Positions 28,021 through 37,400 of a stretch of DNA of 64,000 bases are shown here, in pieces. The position numbers and the translations under genes were made by a program. The DNA lies in IMG/VR virus record IMGVR_UViG_3300025809_000009; one strand, written 5' to 3'. The notes under the pieces were generated by a model, which was not told the origin of the DNA, did no database searches, and saw only the letters and a list, made by a program, of their open reading frames with translations. Every line of letters begins with the position of its first letter. The stretch's first letter is position 1. The stretch comes from an uncultured virus (IMG/VR IMGVR_UViG_3300025809_000009) (taxonomy: Duplodnaviria; Heunggongvirae; Uroviricota; Caudoviricetes).

Positions 28021-28423
28021 AGGTAATACCGAAGGTCCGAACGAGAAAAGAGAAAACTCAATAAGCTACATACAAGAAGCTCTAGACTCGGGGTTTGACG
28101 TTGAAATCGATGTCTGGGCGAAAGAACAGCTATGGCTTGGTCACGACAATCCTGAAAATCCGTGTCCAATGAAATTCCTAATTCAGAATTTTAGACACTT
28201 ATGGATTCATTGTAAAAACCTAGAAGCTATGGATTTATTAAGCGAATTTAAGGTATTAAATTATTTTTGGCACGAATCAGACGACTTCACATTAACTTCC
28301 AAAAACTTTATATGGACATATCCAGGGAAGAGGGTTAGCAATAAGAGCGTTCTTGTTGTGGATGACGCAAGAAATTACGGAGGGCCGCCCTGCTTTGGGC
28401 TATGTTCTGATTATTTAAAATGA
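28001..28423 (+). CDS. GDPD/PLC-like phosphodiesterase domain protein (start ATG 28001)
   Basis: MILISHRGN...EN...GFDVEIDVW...LGHD...WIHCKN...CSDY. Confidence 0.8.
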   Translation: MILISHRGNTEGPNEKRENSISYIQEALDSGFDVEIDVWAKEQLWLGHDNPENPCPMKFLIQNFRHLWIHCKNLEAMDLLSEFKVLNYFWHESDDFTLTSKNFIWTYPGKRVSNKSVLVVDDARNYGGPPCFGLCSDYLK

Positions 28424-29304
28424 ATCACTGGAACCCGCACAAATTAAAAGACGAATCAGGTAAAGAGTTAAAGTATGTACCTAGCTTTACTAATTTTGCG
28501 TTGTACCTACAAAAAAAAATACTAAAAAGATTCGAAAAGTTAGAAAACTCTGTATCAATAATAATACAAGGGCCGATAAACGATAGATCAATCAACACTA
28601 TAGATAGTTATTTAAAATACGGAGAGGTTATAGTTAGCTGCTGGGATAAAGACGAAGTAAATAAACTAGACAAATATAAAGATAAAATAAAAATAGTAAT
28701 TAATAAATACTCAGACTTACCAAAATTTCAAAAAAAACCGGGCGCACAAGCCCCATGGATATACCAGCACTTCACTGCATTAAATGGACTCAAAGCCGCA
28801 AAAGGTTTCTTTTGTATAAAGGTCAGGTCAGATGAGAGCTTCCCAAACCTAGACCTTCTAGTTCATATGTTAAAATCCAATACTCACAACAATAAAAACG
28901 AAAAAACAAAAAATTATAATTGGTTTAAAATAATAACCTCTAACATTTATTTTAGATTCTCTAGGGAAAATAAATTTCACCCTTCAGATCATATTGTAGC
29001 TGGACAGAAAGATCGAATGATCTCGGTTTTCGCGAGGGCCGTATCTCTATGCTCGCTTAAAAATGTCTCTAGATTCCCAGAACAATTATTATGCAAAGCT
29101 ATAATAGAAACCTACTGGGACCCTATTAACAAAAAGTATGACAAAATCAAAGAGAGCAATTGCACAGAATTAATGAAAAAACATTTTGACATAATTAGAA
29201 TAAAACATTTACCTAATCACATATGGACATCTAGTTACAGAAAATACAGCAACCTATACTCAGAAGAAGATTGGTGCCATCATATAGATAAAATTAATAG
29301 TTGA
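28420..29304 (+). CDS. WavE-like lipopolysaccharide synthesis protein
   Basis: SIIIQGP...VIVSCW...Q...NGL...KVRSD...FHPSDH...PEQ. Confidence 0.65.
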   Translation: MNHWNPHKLKDESGKELKYVPSFTNFALYLQKKILKRFEKLENSVSIIIQGPINDRSINTIDSYLKYGEVIVSCWDKDEVNKLDKYKDKIKIVINKYSDLPKFQKKPGAQAPWIYQHFTALNGLKAAKGFFCIKVRSDESFPNLDLLVHMLKSNTHNNKNEKTKNYNWFKIITSNIYFRFSRENKFHPSDHIVAGQKDRMISVFARAVSLCSLKNVSRFPEQLLCKAIIETYWDPINKKYDKIKESNCTELMKKHFDIIRIKHLPNHIWTSSYRKYSNLYSEEDWCHHIDKINS

Positions 29305-29328
29305 GAAAAAAAGATTCTAGGATAGTAT
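29301..29328 (+). promoter_or_regulatory. Possible sigma70 promoter TTGAGA-N16-TAGTAT
   Basis: In the only sizeable intergenic gap of this operon, 24 nt before the ATG at 29353. Confidence 0.4.
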
Positions 29329-29352
29329 CTCTTATAAAATCAATAATATATT

Positions 29353-29913
29353 ATGAGCATATCACTATACAAACCAAACAGTAAAAACGCAGGTTGCGCA
29401 TTTAATTTTAAAATCGGAGTCAACAGAAACAAAGAACCTGTTGTTTATGTTAGTGCAATACAACAATACAGCTGGGACGACAAGAAAAGATCTGGAAACT
29501 TTTCTGGAAATAAAGACAATCCAGACAAAAACATAAACCTAAAGTTTAGTGAATTTGAGATTGGCGGAATTATCAGCTCATTAAACAAGCGTTACGAATA
29601 TTCAGCGTTCCACAGCTACGAAGAAAACAAAACGTCCATTAAGTTTGTTCCGTGGGACAAGCAGCAAAAAACGCAGAACGGTTCTATTACCCTACCAGCC
29701 TTTGGCATAACTTTCACAAGAAACGGAAATCAGTCATTCAGAATACCTATTGAGCCTGGAGAAGTGGAAAATCTTGATCAGTTTTTGAAATTCTACCTCA
29801 AAGAATTGTATTCCCATAGAAGAAGAGAAGAAATCAAAAACATACAAAAATATAAAAAAGACCAACAAGAGGAAACTAAAAAGCCCACGGGCAATGACGA
29901 AGCTCCTTTTTAA
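29353..29913 (+). CDS. Putative ssDNA-binding protein (PC4/whirly-like) with SSB-type acidic tail
   Basis: Two beta-strand-plus-helix units (INLKFSEFEIGGII; FRIPIEPGEVENL) and C-terminus NDEAPF. Confidence 0.4.
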   Translation: MSISLYKPNSKNAGCAFNFKIGVNRNKEPVVYVSAIQQYSWDDKKRSGNFSGNKDNPDKNINLKFSEFEIGGIISSLNKRYEYSAFHSYEENKTSIKFVPWDKQQKTQNGSITLPAFGITFTRNGNQSFRIPIEPGEVENLDQFLKFYLKELYSHRRREEIKNIQKYKKDQQEETKKPTGNDEAPF

Positions 29914-31821
29914 ATGAAGAAGAAAAAGGTATTAATACACAGCAATCACTGCAAGGCTTTTACTGGCTTCGGAAAGCATACTAAAAATATACTTCTCCAC
30001 TTAGAGAAAACAGGAAAGTACGAACTGGTTGAATTCTCAAACGGAATCAAATGGGGAGACCCGATACTTTCAACCCTGCCATGGAAATGCCAAGGCTCAC
30101 TGCCAAACAATCCAGCCCTGCTGCGCAAGCTAAATGAAGATCCCGGCTTAGCTAGAAGCGCTGGATACGGAGGGCAAACTATAGATAAATTTCTAGAAGA
30201 AGAGAAGCCTGATGTATATATAGGTATAGAAGATATTTGGGCTTTTTCTGGATATACAGAAAAGAAGTGGTGGAACAAAATTAACTGCATGATATGGACA
30301 ACGCTAGACAGTTTACCCATTCTGCCGGAAGCTGTCAAGCTCGCCCCTAAAATAAAAAACTATTACTCCTGGGCGTCATTCGCATCTAAAGAACTAAACA
30401 GGCTTGGCCACGAACATGTCAAAACTTTACATGGCGCTCTGGATACATCTAAATTTTTCAAACTTAAAGATGAAGATAGATTAAAAATAAGAAAAGAACA
30501 AAACATAAAAAAAGATGACTTCTTAGTGGGGTTTGTTTTTAGAAACCAATTAAGAAAAAGCGTTCCAAATTTAATTGAAGGGTTTAAAATATTCTGCAAT
30601 CAGAACCCAGAATCTAAAACTAAACTGTTATTACATACTCACTGGAAAGAGGGCTGGGACATTCCTAGATTAATTAAAGAAAAAGGCATTGACCCAGAAA
30701 AAGTAGTTACGACTTATTTTTGCAAGAACTGTAAAAAGTACGAAATAAAAGCTTATAAAGAAGAAGATCTGGATTGTAGATTTTGCGGCGCAGAGAAATC
30801 TCAAGTAACAACCAACACTAAAGCTGGGGTCTCCGAAGAGCAGTTAAACGAGATATATAATTTAATGAATGTTTATTGCCACCCCTTTACTAGCGGCGGG
30901 CAAGAAATACCTATTCAGGAAGCTAAACTAGCAGAGCTTATAACCCTGGTTACGAATTACAGCTGTGGAGAAGATTGTTGTACCGATGAAAGCGGAAGCT
31001 TGCCTCTTAGCTGGACCGAATACAGAGAGCCTGGCACTCAATTTATAAAAGCAAGCACTAACCCCCAAAGCATAGCTAATCAACTCAAGAAGGTTCTCAA
31101 AATGAAGCCTAGCAAGGCGAAAGAAGTGGGCAAGAAATCGAGAGAATTTGTAATAAATAATTATAGCATAGAGGTCATCGGAAAGAAGCTGGAGTCTATC
31201 ATAGATGAAATGCCCGATGTTGACTGGGATTTTAATTTTGAAGTAGAAGAAAAGAATGCAGGCTACACACCTCCACATATCGAAGATAACTCAGAATGGG
31301 TTATAGACTTATACAAAAATATACTAAAAATAGATCTAGACAGCACAGACGACGGACACAAGCATTGGATGAAAAGACTATCTGAAAATATGCCAAGAGA
31401 GGATGTCTTAAAATACTTCAAACAGGTAGCGACTCAAGATAATCAAAAAAATCAAAAAATAGACTTTATAGAGCTTTTAGATAAAGACGACGAAGGAGGC
31501 AGGCTCTTGATATCTATGCCCCAAAGCATTGGAGATATCTACTTATGCACATCGCTATTAAAAAACATCAAAGAAACTTACCCTAATTACAACATTTACT
31601 TCGCAACAAAACCAGAGTATTTCGACATACTAGACGGCAACCCATATATACATAAAGTGATACCATATAGCAAGGGACTGGACAGTTTGCCATCAATGGA
31701 GGGGCAAGGAAATCATAAAGGTTTTTTTGAAGTAGCGTTTCTTCCGTTTATAGGGACGCAAAGAATGTTGAATTACATGCACAACGGTAAAGATAAAATA
31801 CAATTTAATTTATGCACTTAA
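29914..31821 (+). CDS. GT4-like glycosyltransferase with CxxC insert, small helical domain and GT9-type N-terminal domain at its C-end
   Basis: FTGFG, FRNQLRKS, TSGGQEIPIQEAKLA; CKNC...CRFC; SIGDIYLCTSLLKNIKETYP...ILDGNPYIHKVI. Confidence 0.8.
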   Translation: MKKKKVLIHSNHCKAFTGFGKHTKNILLHLEKTGKYELVEFSNGIKWGDPILSTLPWKCQGSLPNNPALLRKLNEDPGLARSAGYGGQTIDKFLEEEKPDVYIGIEDIWAFSGYTEKKWWNKINCMIWTTLDSLPILPEAVKLAPKIKNYYSWASFASKELNRLGHEHVKTLHGALDTSKFFKLKDEDRLKIRKEQNIKKDDFLVGFVFRNQLRKSVPNLIEGFKIFCNQNPESKTKLLLHTHWKEGWDIPRLIKEKGIDPEKVVTTYFCKNCKKYEIKAYKEEDLDCRFCGAEKSQVTTNTKAGVSEEQLNEIYNLMNVYCHPFTSGGQEIPIQEAKLAELITLVTNYSCGEDCCTDESGSLPLSWTEYREPGTQFIKASTNPQSIANQLKKVLKMKPSKAKEVGKKSREFVINNYSIEVIGKKLESIIDEMPDVDWDFNFEVEEKNAGYTPPHIEDNSEWVIDLYKNILKIDLDSTDDGHKHWMKRLSENMPREDVLKYFKQVATQDNQKNQKIDFIELLDKDDEGGRLLISMPQSIGDIYLCTSLLKNIKETYPNYNIYFATKPEYFDILDGNPYIHKVIPYSKGLDSLPSMEGQGNHKGFFEVAFLPFIGTQRMLNYMHNGKDKIQFNLCT

Positions 31822-32999
31822 TCGAACAATACGCCTTATCGTGTGGAGTTAAAATAGATAAGCCCCACATAGAGACTTGCTTTTACCCCATAGCCGAAAA
31901 CAAATACATAACCCTTCATGCGAGCAGTGGAATGCAAGCAAAGAATTACGACTACTATAATGACGTAATGGAAATGATTCTGCCTCATTTAAATAGCGAA
32001 GGAATTAAGGTTATACAAATAGGCGGAAAAGAAGATAAATCAATCAGGGGTTGCGAGCATTTGCACGGAAGAACAAATATAAAACAATCCGCATATATCA
32101 TACAGAATTCGCTTTTGCATTTTGGGAATGATTCATTTAGCACTCATGTAGCCTCTGGCTTTAATAAAAAAATAGTGTGCCTATATAGCGTACTATTTAA
32201 AGAGTGTTGTGGTCCATATTGGGGAGACAAAGAAAACCAGATACTTATCGAGTCCCACAGGAACGGGCTAAAGCCGTCGTTTTCTGACAGTGAAGCGCCG
32301 AAGATGGTGAATTTAATTAAACCTGAGGAAATAGCTTCGTCTATTTTAAAATTGTTAAAAATCAAAAATACCATTTCAGAAATAGAAACTCTACATTTAG
32401 GGCCTCAATACCACATCCCAGCTATTTCCGTAGTTCCCAACCATATAATGCCCGCAAGCTTTGCCAAGGGTCAACCCGTTAACATATGGGGTCATGAATG
32501 TTTTGACGAGCAAAATATAGCAAAATGGGCATACGATAGAAAATGTAATATATTTCTCGACAAACCAATGAAAGTTAGATACTTAGATGTTATACGTAAA
32601 AATATAAACAGAATAAATTATTTCGTATCACACGACAGCAAAGAAAGTTATTTTAAATCTCTAGAAAAAGGAGGCGTTAGATTCAATCTATTATGCAAAG
32701 ATGAAAGTATAATAAATGAACTAAGATTAAAATTCTTCGACTGGCCGATTACTTTATTAAAAGAAAAAACTAAAAAAGATCTTGACAATTCTGAAAAACT
32801 ATGTAATAATAGTCGTTATAAAAATTCAATGAAAATCATATCAGGAGGACAAATATACAGCAGTAAGGCTGCTTGGAAAAATGAGCTCGAAGGAGAACAT
32901 GACCAAGTTATAGACTGCCCTGAATTCTGGGAAGAAATTGATACTCTAAAAATTTATAACGACAAAAATCATGGTAAAAACAAAGACATCAGAAAATAA
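31812..32999 (+). CDS. GT9-type C-terminal domain protein
   Basis: MHLIEQY...YITLHAS...AKNY...VIQIGG...GRTNIKQSAYII...GNDSFSTHVA. Confidence 0.75.
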   Translation: MHLIEQYALSCGVKIDKPHIETCFYPIAENKYITLHASSGMQAKNYDYYNDVMEMILPHLNSEGIKVIQIGGKEDKSIRGCEHLHGRTNIKQSAYIIQNSLLHFGNDSFSTHVASGFNKKIVCLYSVLFKECCGPYWGDKENQILIESHRNGLKPSFSDSEAPKMVNLIKPEEIASSILKLLKIKNTISEIETLHLGPQYHIPAISVVPNHIMPASFAKGQPVNIWGHECFDEQNIAKWAYDRKCNIFLDKPMKVRYLDVIRKNINRINYFVSHDSKESYFKSLEKGGVRFNLLCKDESIINELRLKFFDWPITLLKEKTKKDLDNSEKLCNNSRYKNSMKIISGGQIYSSKAAWKNELEGEHDQVIDCPEFWEEIDTLKIYNDKNHGKNKDIRK

Positions 33000-33774
33000 T
33001 TCAGAAAACGAAGAACAAAGTAATTTAGTTTATATCAAAAACTACAAAGACGGTCCAGGCAAATTTCTTAGAAATGAATTTGGATTACTTGATAATGTAG
33101 ATTACGAATTCTCGGAGGATGGCTCTGTGAATTGGAGAGCTATGATTAAAGACGAAAACCTCTTTCCAAATAAATCTTGGTTCAGTTTAAGAAAAAAAGA
33201 TCTACCTAGATCTATAATAGGGCTGAAGGATTATCAATTATTAATAAAACTTAGCGGGATTAAAGAGTTAGCTAAATTAAGAGGGTTTTCAGATGTAGCG
33301 TATGAAACAGTTAGGTGTGAGTTAAATCATGTTGCCGTGGTATGCAGAATGAAATTCCTACCAAACTATGAAACTTTCGGGGAACCAGTGATCTTTCAGG
33401 ATATGGCTAACGCCACTTTAGATAACACTAGTAGCTTTGCGACTAAGTTCTTAGAGACCATAGCCTGCAATAGAGCTTTCGTTAGGTGCGTAAGAAATTT
33501 CCTAAACGTTCATATTGTAGGGGACGACGAAATAGATAAATCCAGCCAAACAGGATCAACTAATTCCTCGAGTGGGTCGCTAACTCCATCCTCCATGATA
33601 GAGTCTCTTGTGAGCGACAAATTAAACTGTTCTAATTTTGAAGAGTTTAAAGTGATACTTAGGGATTGGTGGAAGAGCGGAAAATATAAAAACGACTCAG
33701 TTAAAGAGTGGTTGAGTTACTCTGATATACCGCCATCAGAGTCAAGAGTGTTAATGAAAGTAATCAACTCATAG
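32971..33774 (+). CDS. Hypothetical protein, possibly ssDNA-annealing (Rad52/Sak/Erf-like) fold
   Basis: LLIKLSGIKELA...VAVVCRM...ANA...ETIACNRAFVRCVRNFL...DEI resembles the conserved helix of annealing proteins. Confidence 0.4.
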   Translation: MVKTKTSENNSENEEQSNLVYIKNYKDGPGKFLRNEFGLLDNVDYEFSEDGSVNWRAMIKDENLFPNKSWFSLRKKDLPRSIIGLKDYQLLIKLSGIKELAKLRGFSDVAYETVRCELNHVAVVCRMKFLPNYETFGEPVIFQDMANATLDNTSSFATKFLETIACNRAFVRCVRNFLNVHIVGDDEIDKSSQTGSTNSSSGSLTPSSMIESLVSDKLNCSNFEEFKVILRDWWKSGKYKNDSVKEWLSYSDIPPSESRVLMKVINS

Positions 33775-34396
33775 AGTCTAGCTTTTTTAGCAAGCTCTCA
33801 ACCCTGTCGCTTAAAACATTAATCTGCTCTTGTTGTTCTTTTATTGCGCCAACAAGCAAAGAGGTTAATTTTTCATATTTAATAGCTTTATACCCGCTAC
33901 TTCTTGTGGTGACGATCTCGGGAGCAATAAGCTCTACCTGTTGCGCGATCAAGCCTATGTCGTGACCCTTATGGGTGGACTGTTTATTATTCCAGTCAAA
34001 CTCTACAGCGTCAAGGGATAGTATTTTGGACAAAGGGTTTTTTATATTTTTTATATTATCCTTTAGATTTTCGTCTGATGAATGATAAGCCACTACATCA
34101 CCAATAGAAAATAATCCATTTAGGCAGCCTATATAAAAAGCGCTATCGACATCAGCTTCAATAAAATCCCCTATTATATGGGTGTTGTATTTTTCATCTA
34201 TCGTGTTATTGGATCCTGCCAAGATCGAACATCTTCTTGAATTTATTATCTCGTTGCTTTCTCCAGAAAATATAGCGCAAGCAGAATCAAATCCGCCACC
34301 AAACAAAGTAGTGTCTTGTGGGGAAGCTACATAATTAACGGAAGCGGATGCACTTGATGAAGGAGCTGATGGAGGGGAAGAATTTGGAATTGGCAT
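33764..34396 (-). CDS. Short fibre-like protein with peptidase S74 chaperone domain
   Basis: SSDENLKDNI...FDWN...DIGLIAQQVELIAPEIV...IKYEKLTSLLVGAIKEQQ; N-terminal AIFSGESNEI/SILAGSNNTI repeats. Confidence 0.85.
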   Translation of the reverse strand: MPIPNSSPPSAPSSSASASVNYVASPQDTTLFGGGFDSACAIFSGESNEIINSRRCSILAGSNNTIDEKYNTHIIGDFIEADVDSAFYIGCLNGLFSIGDVVAYHSSDENLKDNIKNIKNPLSKILSLDAVEFDWNNKQSTHKGHDIGLIAQQVELIAPEIVTTRSSGYKAIKYEKLTSLLVGAIKEQQEQINVLSDRVESLLKKLDSMS

Positions 34397-34400
34397 GATA

Positions 34401-37400
34401 TTAAGGGATATAACCTGTTGTTTGGGTGGTGCTTATGTAATAAAATCCAGCGTCTGCAGAGGTGTTGTATATAAAAACCCAGCTAGAAACGCCTGAAAAC
34501 CAAAGCCAGAAACCTTCACTTGTCGGACTTCTTATGGGATCAAAATAAGCCCATCCGCCTAGAGCATGGGCGGCCAAGGGAGCTATAAAGCCCCAAAAGG
34601 TAACTGGTTTAGATCCAAAATCAGGAAAATAAAGTAACCAATAATCTTTCCCGCTGATATTTAAAAAATCTTCAGCATAAACCCAATGATTGCTATGAGC
34701 ATTATTCCCCATAAACATTTGAGTAGGAGCTGCGAGTCTATCGCAAAACCAAACATTATCCACATAATAACCTTCGCTCCAAGCGGTGGAAAGGCCCACG
34801 GGTGTACTGGCGGTAATTTCAGGATTTAAAGATCCTCCTCCGAGATGGTTTGTATTTAAAATATAAAAATCAGAACCAATAACAACCCTTCTTTGCTGAC
34901 TCGACCAAACACTATTGATGTAAGTGCCGAAATCCCGTACAGGGGGATTATAGATAATTTTATTATTCCTTCCGGCAAAGACCCCTTGCTGAGAGCCCCC
35001 GTCAATTTTGTTTTTAGATCCAGCCCCAATAATGTTCGCCCCGTTATTATCTATATCTATATCAGGCATGGAATTATCGTAACCGGCTACTATTGCTGAA
35101 AAATTATCCCCAACGTTATTGTTGTAACCGTTGCCTACGAAAGAAAATCTTCCAGTGATATTATTAAGGCCTCCTCCAACTATTGATGAACCCAAACTAT
35201 TTAGGTTTGAAGCTGTCTTGTGAATTTCGTTTTCGTAGCCCCCTCCTATAAACGTTGCTTGAGAATCGGTGGAGGTAGTTGCGGCGAACGATACGCTTTC
35301 CCGACTAGAATTGTTAACGAAAGATCCCTGAATTTCTATTTTTTTAGAAGCGGACCCGTACCTTATATAACTATAATCATCTGGATTACTTGTTGAGTGG
35401 TAATTGACCCCTGGACCGCCCACATCAAAATATACATCATTAGGGGGGGTTGCTGATTTATGAAGTTTAAAACCTGCGATGGAATAATCTTCGCTTGCAG
35501 AGAGAGATCCATCTGCATCGAAACCTCCAACAAAATCTGAACTCTGAATTAATCCTCCCGCTCCATTGGTTGCTGGATTATCATCGTCGCTACTTCCCAT
35601 AGTCAAGCTATGAGTTATGACCGCATTGTCCGCAAGCAGTAAATTAGTTGCCACGCTTTGAAATTCGGCTCCGAATTTCTTCCAATAATCGTCTGTTTGA
35701 GCATGCGTTCCTGGAGCTACAACCAAGCTCGACGGACCGCTATTTTTCATAGCTATATAATGATGCCCATTTCCTCCTGCTGGAGATGAGGGATTATCGT
35801 AATAGACTAGATCTCCTCTCAATTCCTCTGCCGTGTCGGACCCTTGAATTCCATCCTCCATGCCGATGTAATTCTTTGTGGAATCCCACACGCCTCTATA
35901 AACAGGTGTTTTTCCTGTTGGTCCAGGAGCTCCATTGGCAAGCACACTTACTGTTGTTGAATGTTCGGTGCTTGTGCCTATACCAGAAGCGTATATAATA
36001 ACAGATTGAAAGTCAATAATATCATCATTTCCGTGAATGATTTTATCAAAACCTGCGGTGTTGGTTTCTTTATTTCCAACTTTAAACGTAGCAGTTGCAA
36101 CTTGAGTGTCTGAATTAAAATAAGTATTGTTTGGCTGATACTCAAAGCCATGAGTATTATAACCATTTGAATAGTCAGTATAATTAAAAACATTAGTTCC
36201 ATCAGGAAGTTCCATTTTGAATCTAACATCGTTTTCGGTAATATCGCTATTATTAAATCTTACAGTAATGTTTGAAGTTTGATTTAGCTCGGGTTTAAAA
36301 ATGCCATCTGCAGTCTCTTCGTAATTAAAAACCGAGGGTTCTGCATTCATTGACATTACGGTCAACTCGGAGCCGTCCTTTTGTCTTATATTTCCGTGAA
36401 TAGTTAATTCGTCCTCTTCAAAAAACAACTTACCCCTTTCTGTTTTAAAAATAAAAGAACCGTTTCCACTGATCGCGAAACCCGCTCCAGGAGCGTCCAC
36501 ACAATCATACCCCCGAGTACCGGAATTATTTAACAATCCAAAACCAGCGCTTCTGATTTGTCCGCTGTTAGCGTCTCCACCCACCTGAATATCTTGAGAT
36601 TGTATTACAGAAGATCTTATTTTATCAGCCGTTAAATTATGTATTTTTGCATTAGTTATTGCGGCTTCTTCTATATGAGCGGTACCTATTGTTGCGTTCG
36701 CAAAAGCGTGCCACATTGGGGTTGGTATGCCCCCCGCGTTTCTTGCAATAATAAAATCATTATCATCAAGCAGGCTTGGTTTTTCCGAATCCATGTCTGG
36801 CCCTGCGTAAGCAGACGGGTCGCTTGTTTCTCCTTCTCCAGCTGGGTGGTAATCAGAAACCCTATACTGCCCAGAGAATTGAATACTGCGAAGAGGATTC
36901 GTGATGGCAGAACTTACTGCAACCTCTTCCAGAATTTCTATACCATCTCCATTTAAAGGGGGTTGAGAAAATGATCTGTCTAGGGTTATTGTTGCGTAAT
37001 TAGAAAATCTTTGATAATTAGATATTTTTCTTTCTTGAGTGTCTAGCAGCCCATTCTTAAAGCGTATATAATGATTATTGTATTGGTTGTTTGTTCCTAA
37101 ATCATAATCCGTTTCTTTGATAGAAAATTGATTACTGGTTATATTTTGTGCCCCATCTATCTCCGCATCAATCAATCGGACAACCTTATCTCCAGGAGCA
37201 GCAAGCCCCAACATCGAGTACTGTTCTGCCGTTAAGGCGGACATATCACCGCTCTTCCAATAAATATATTTAGCTGTACTTAATCCCTGACTAGTTTTCA
37301 GATCGTGAGTGTCGCTACCCCCAATAACATAACCAACTCCGTCATTATATACAAAATGTCGGTCCCACGAAACTTCCCCTCCGTATGGCTGATTAGCTGT

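Noticed and set aside
19957..29304. Bacterial chromosomal LPS/capsule locus rather than phage DNA
   Set aside because: No transport, polymerase or housekeeping genes; contiguous and compositionally consistent with flanking phage genes.
32782..32810. Internal sigma70 promoter TTGACA-N17-AATAAT before 32971
   Set aside because: Lies in coding sequence with a -10 box lacking the first T; chance cannot be excluded in AT-rich DNA.
34401..35000. Diversity-generating retroelement target at the fibre tip
   Set aside because: No reverse transcriptase and no template/variable repeat pair seen in this window.
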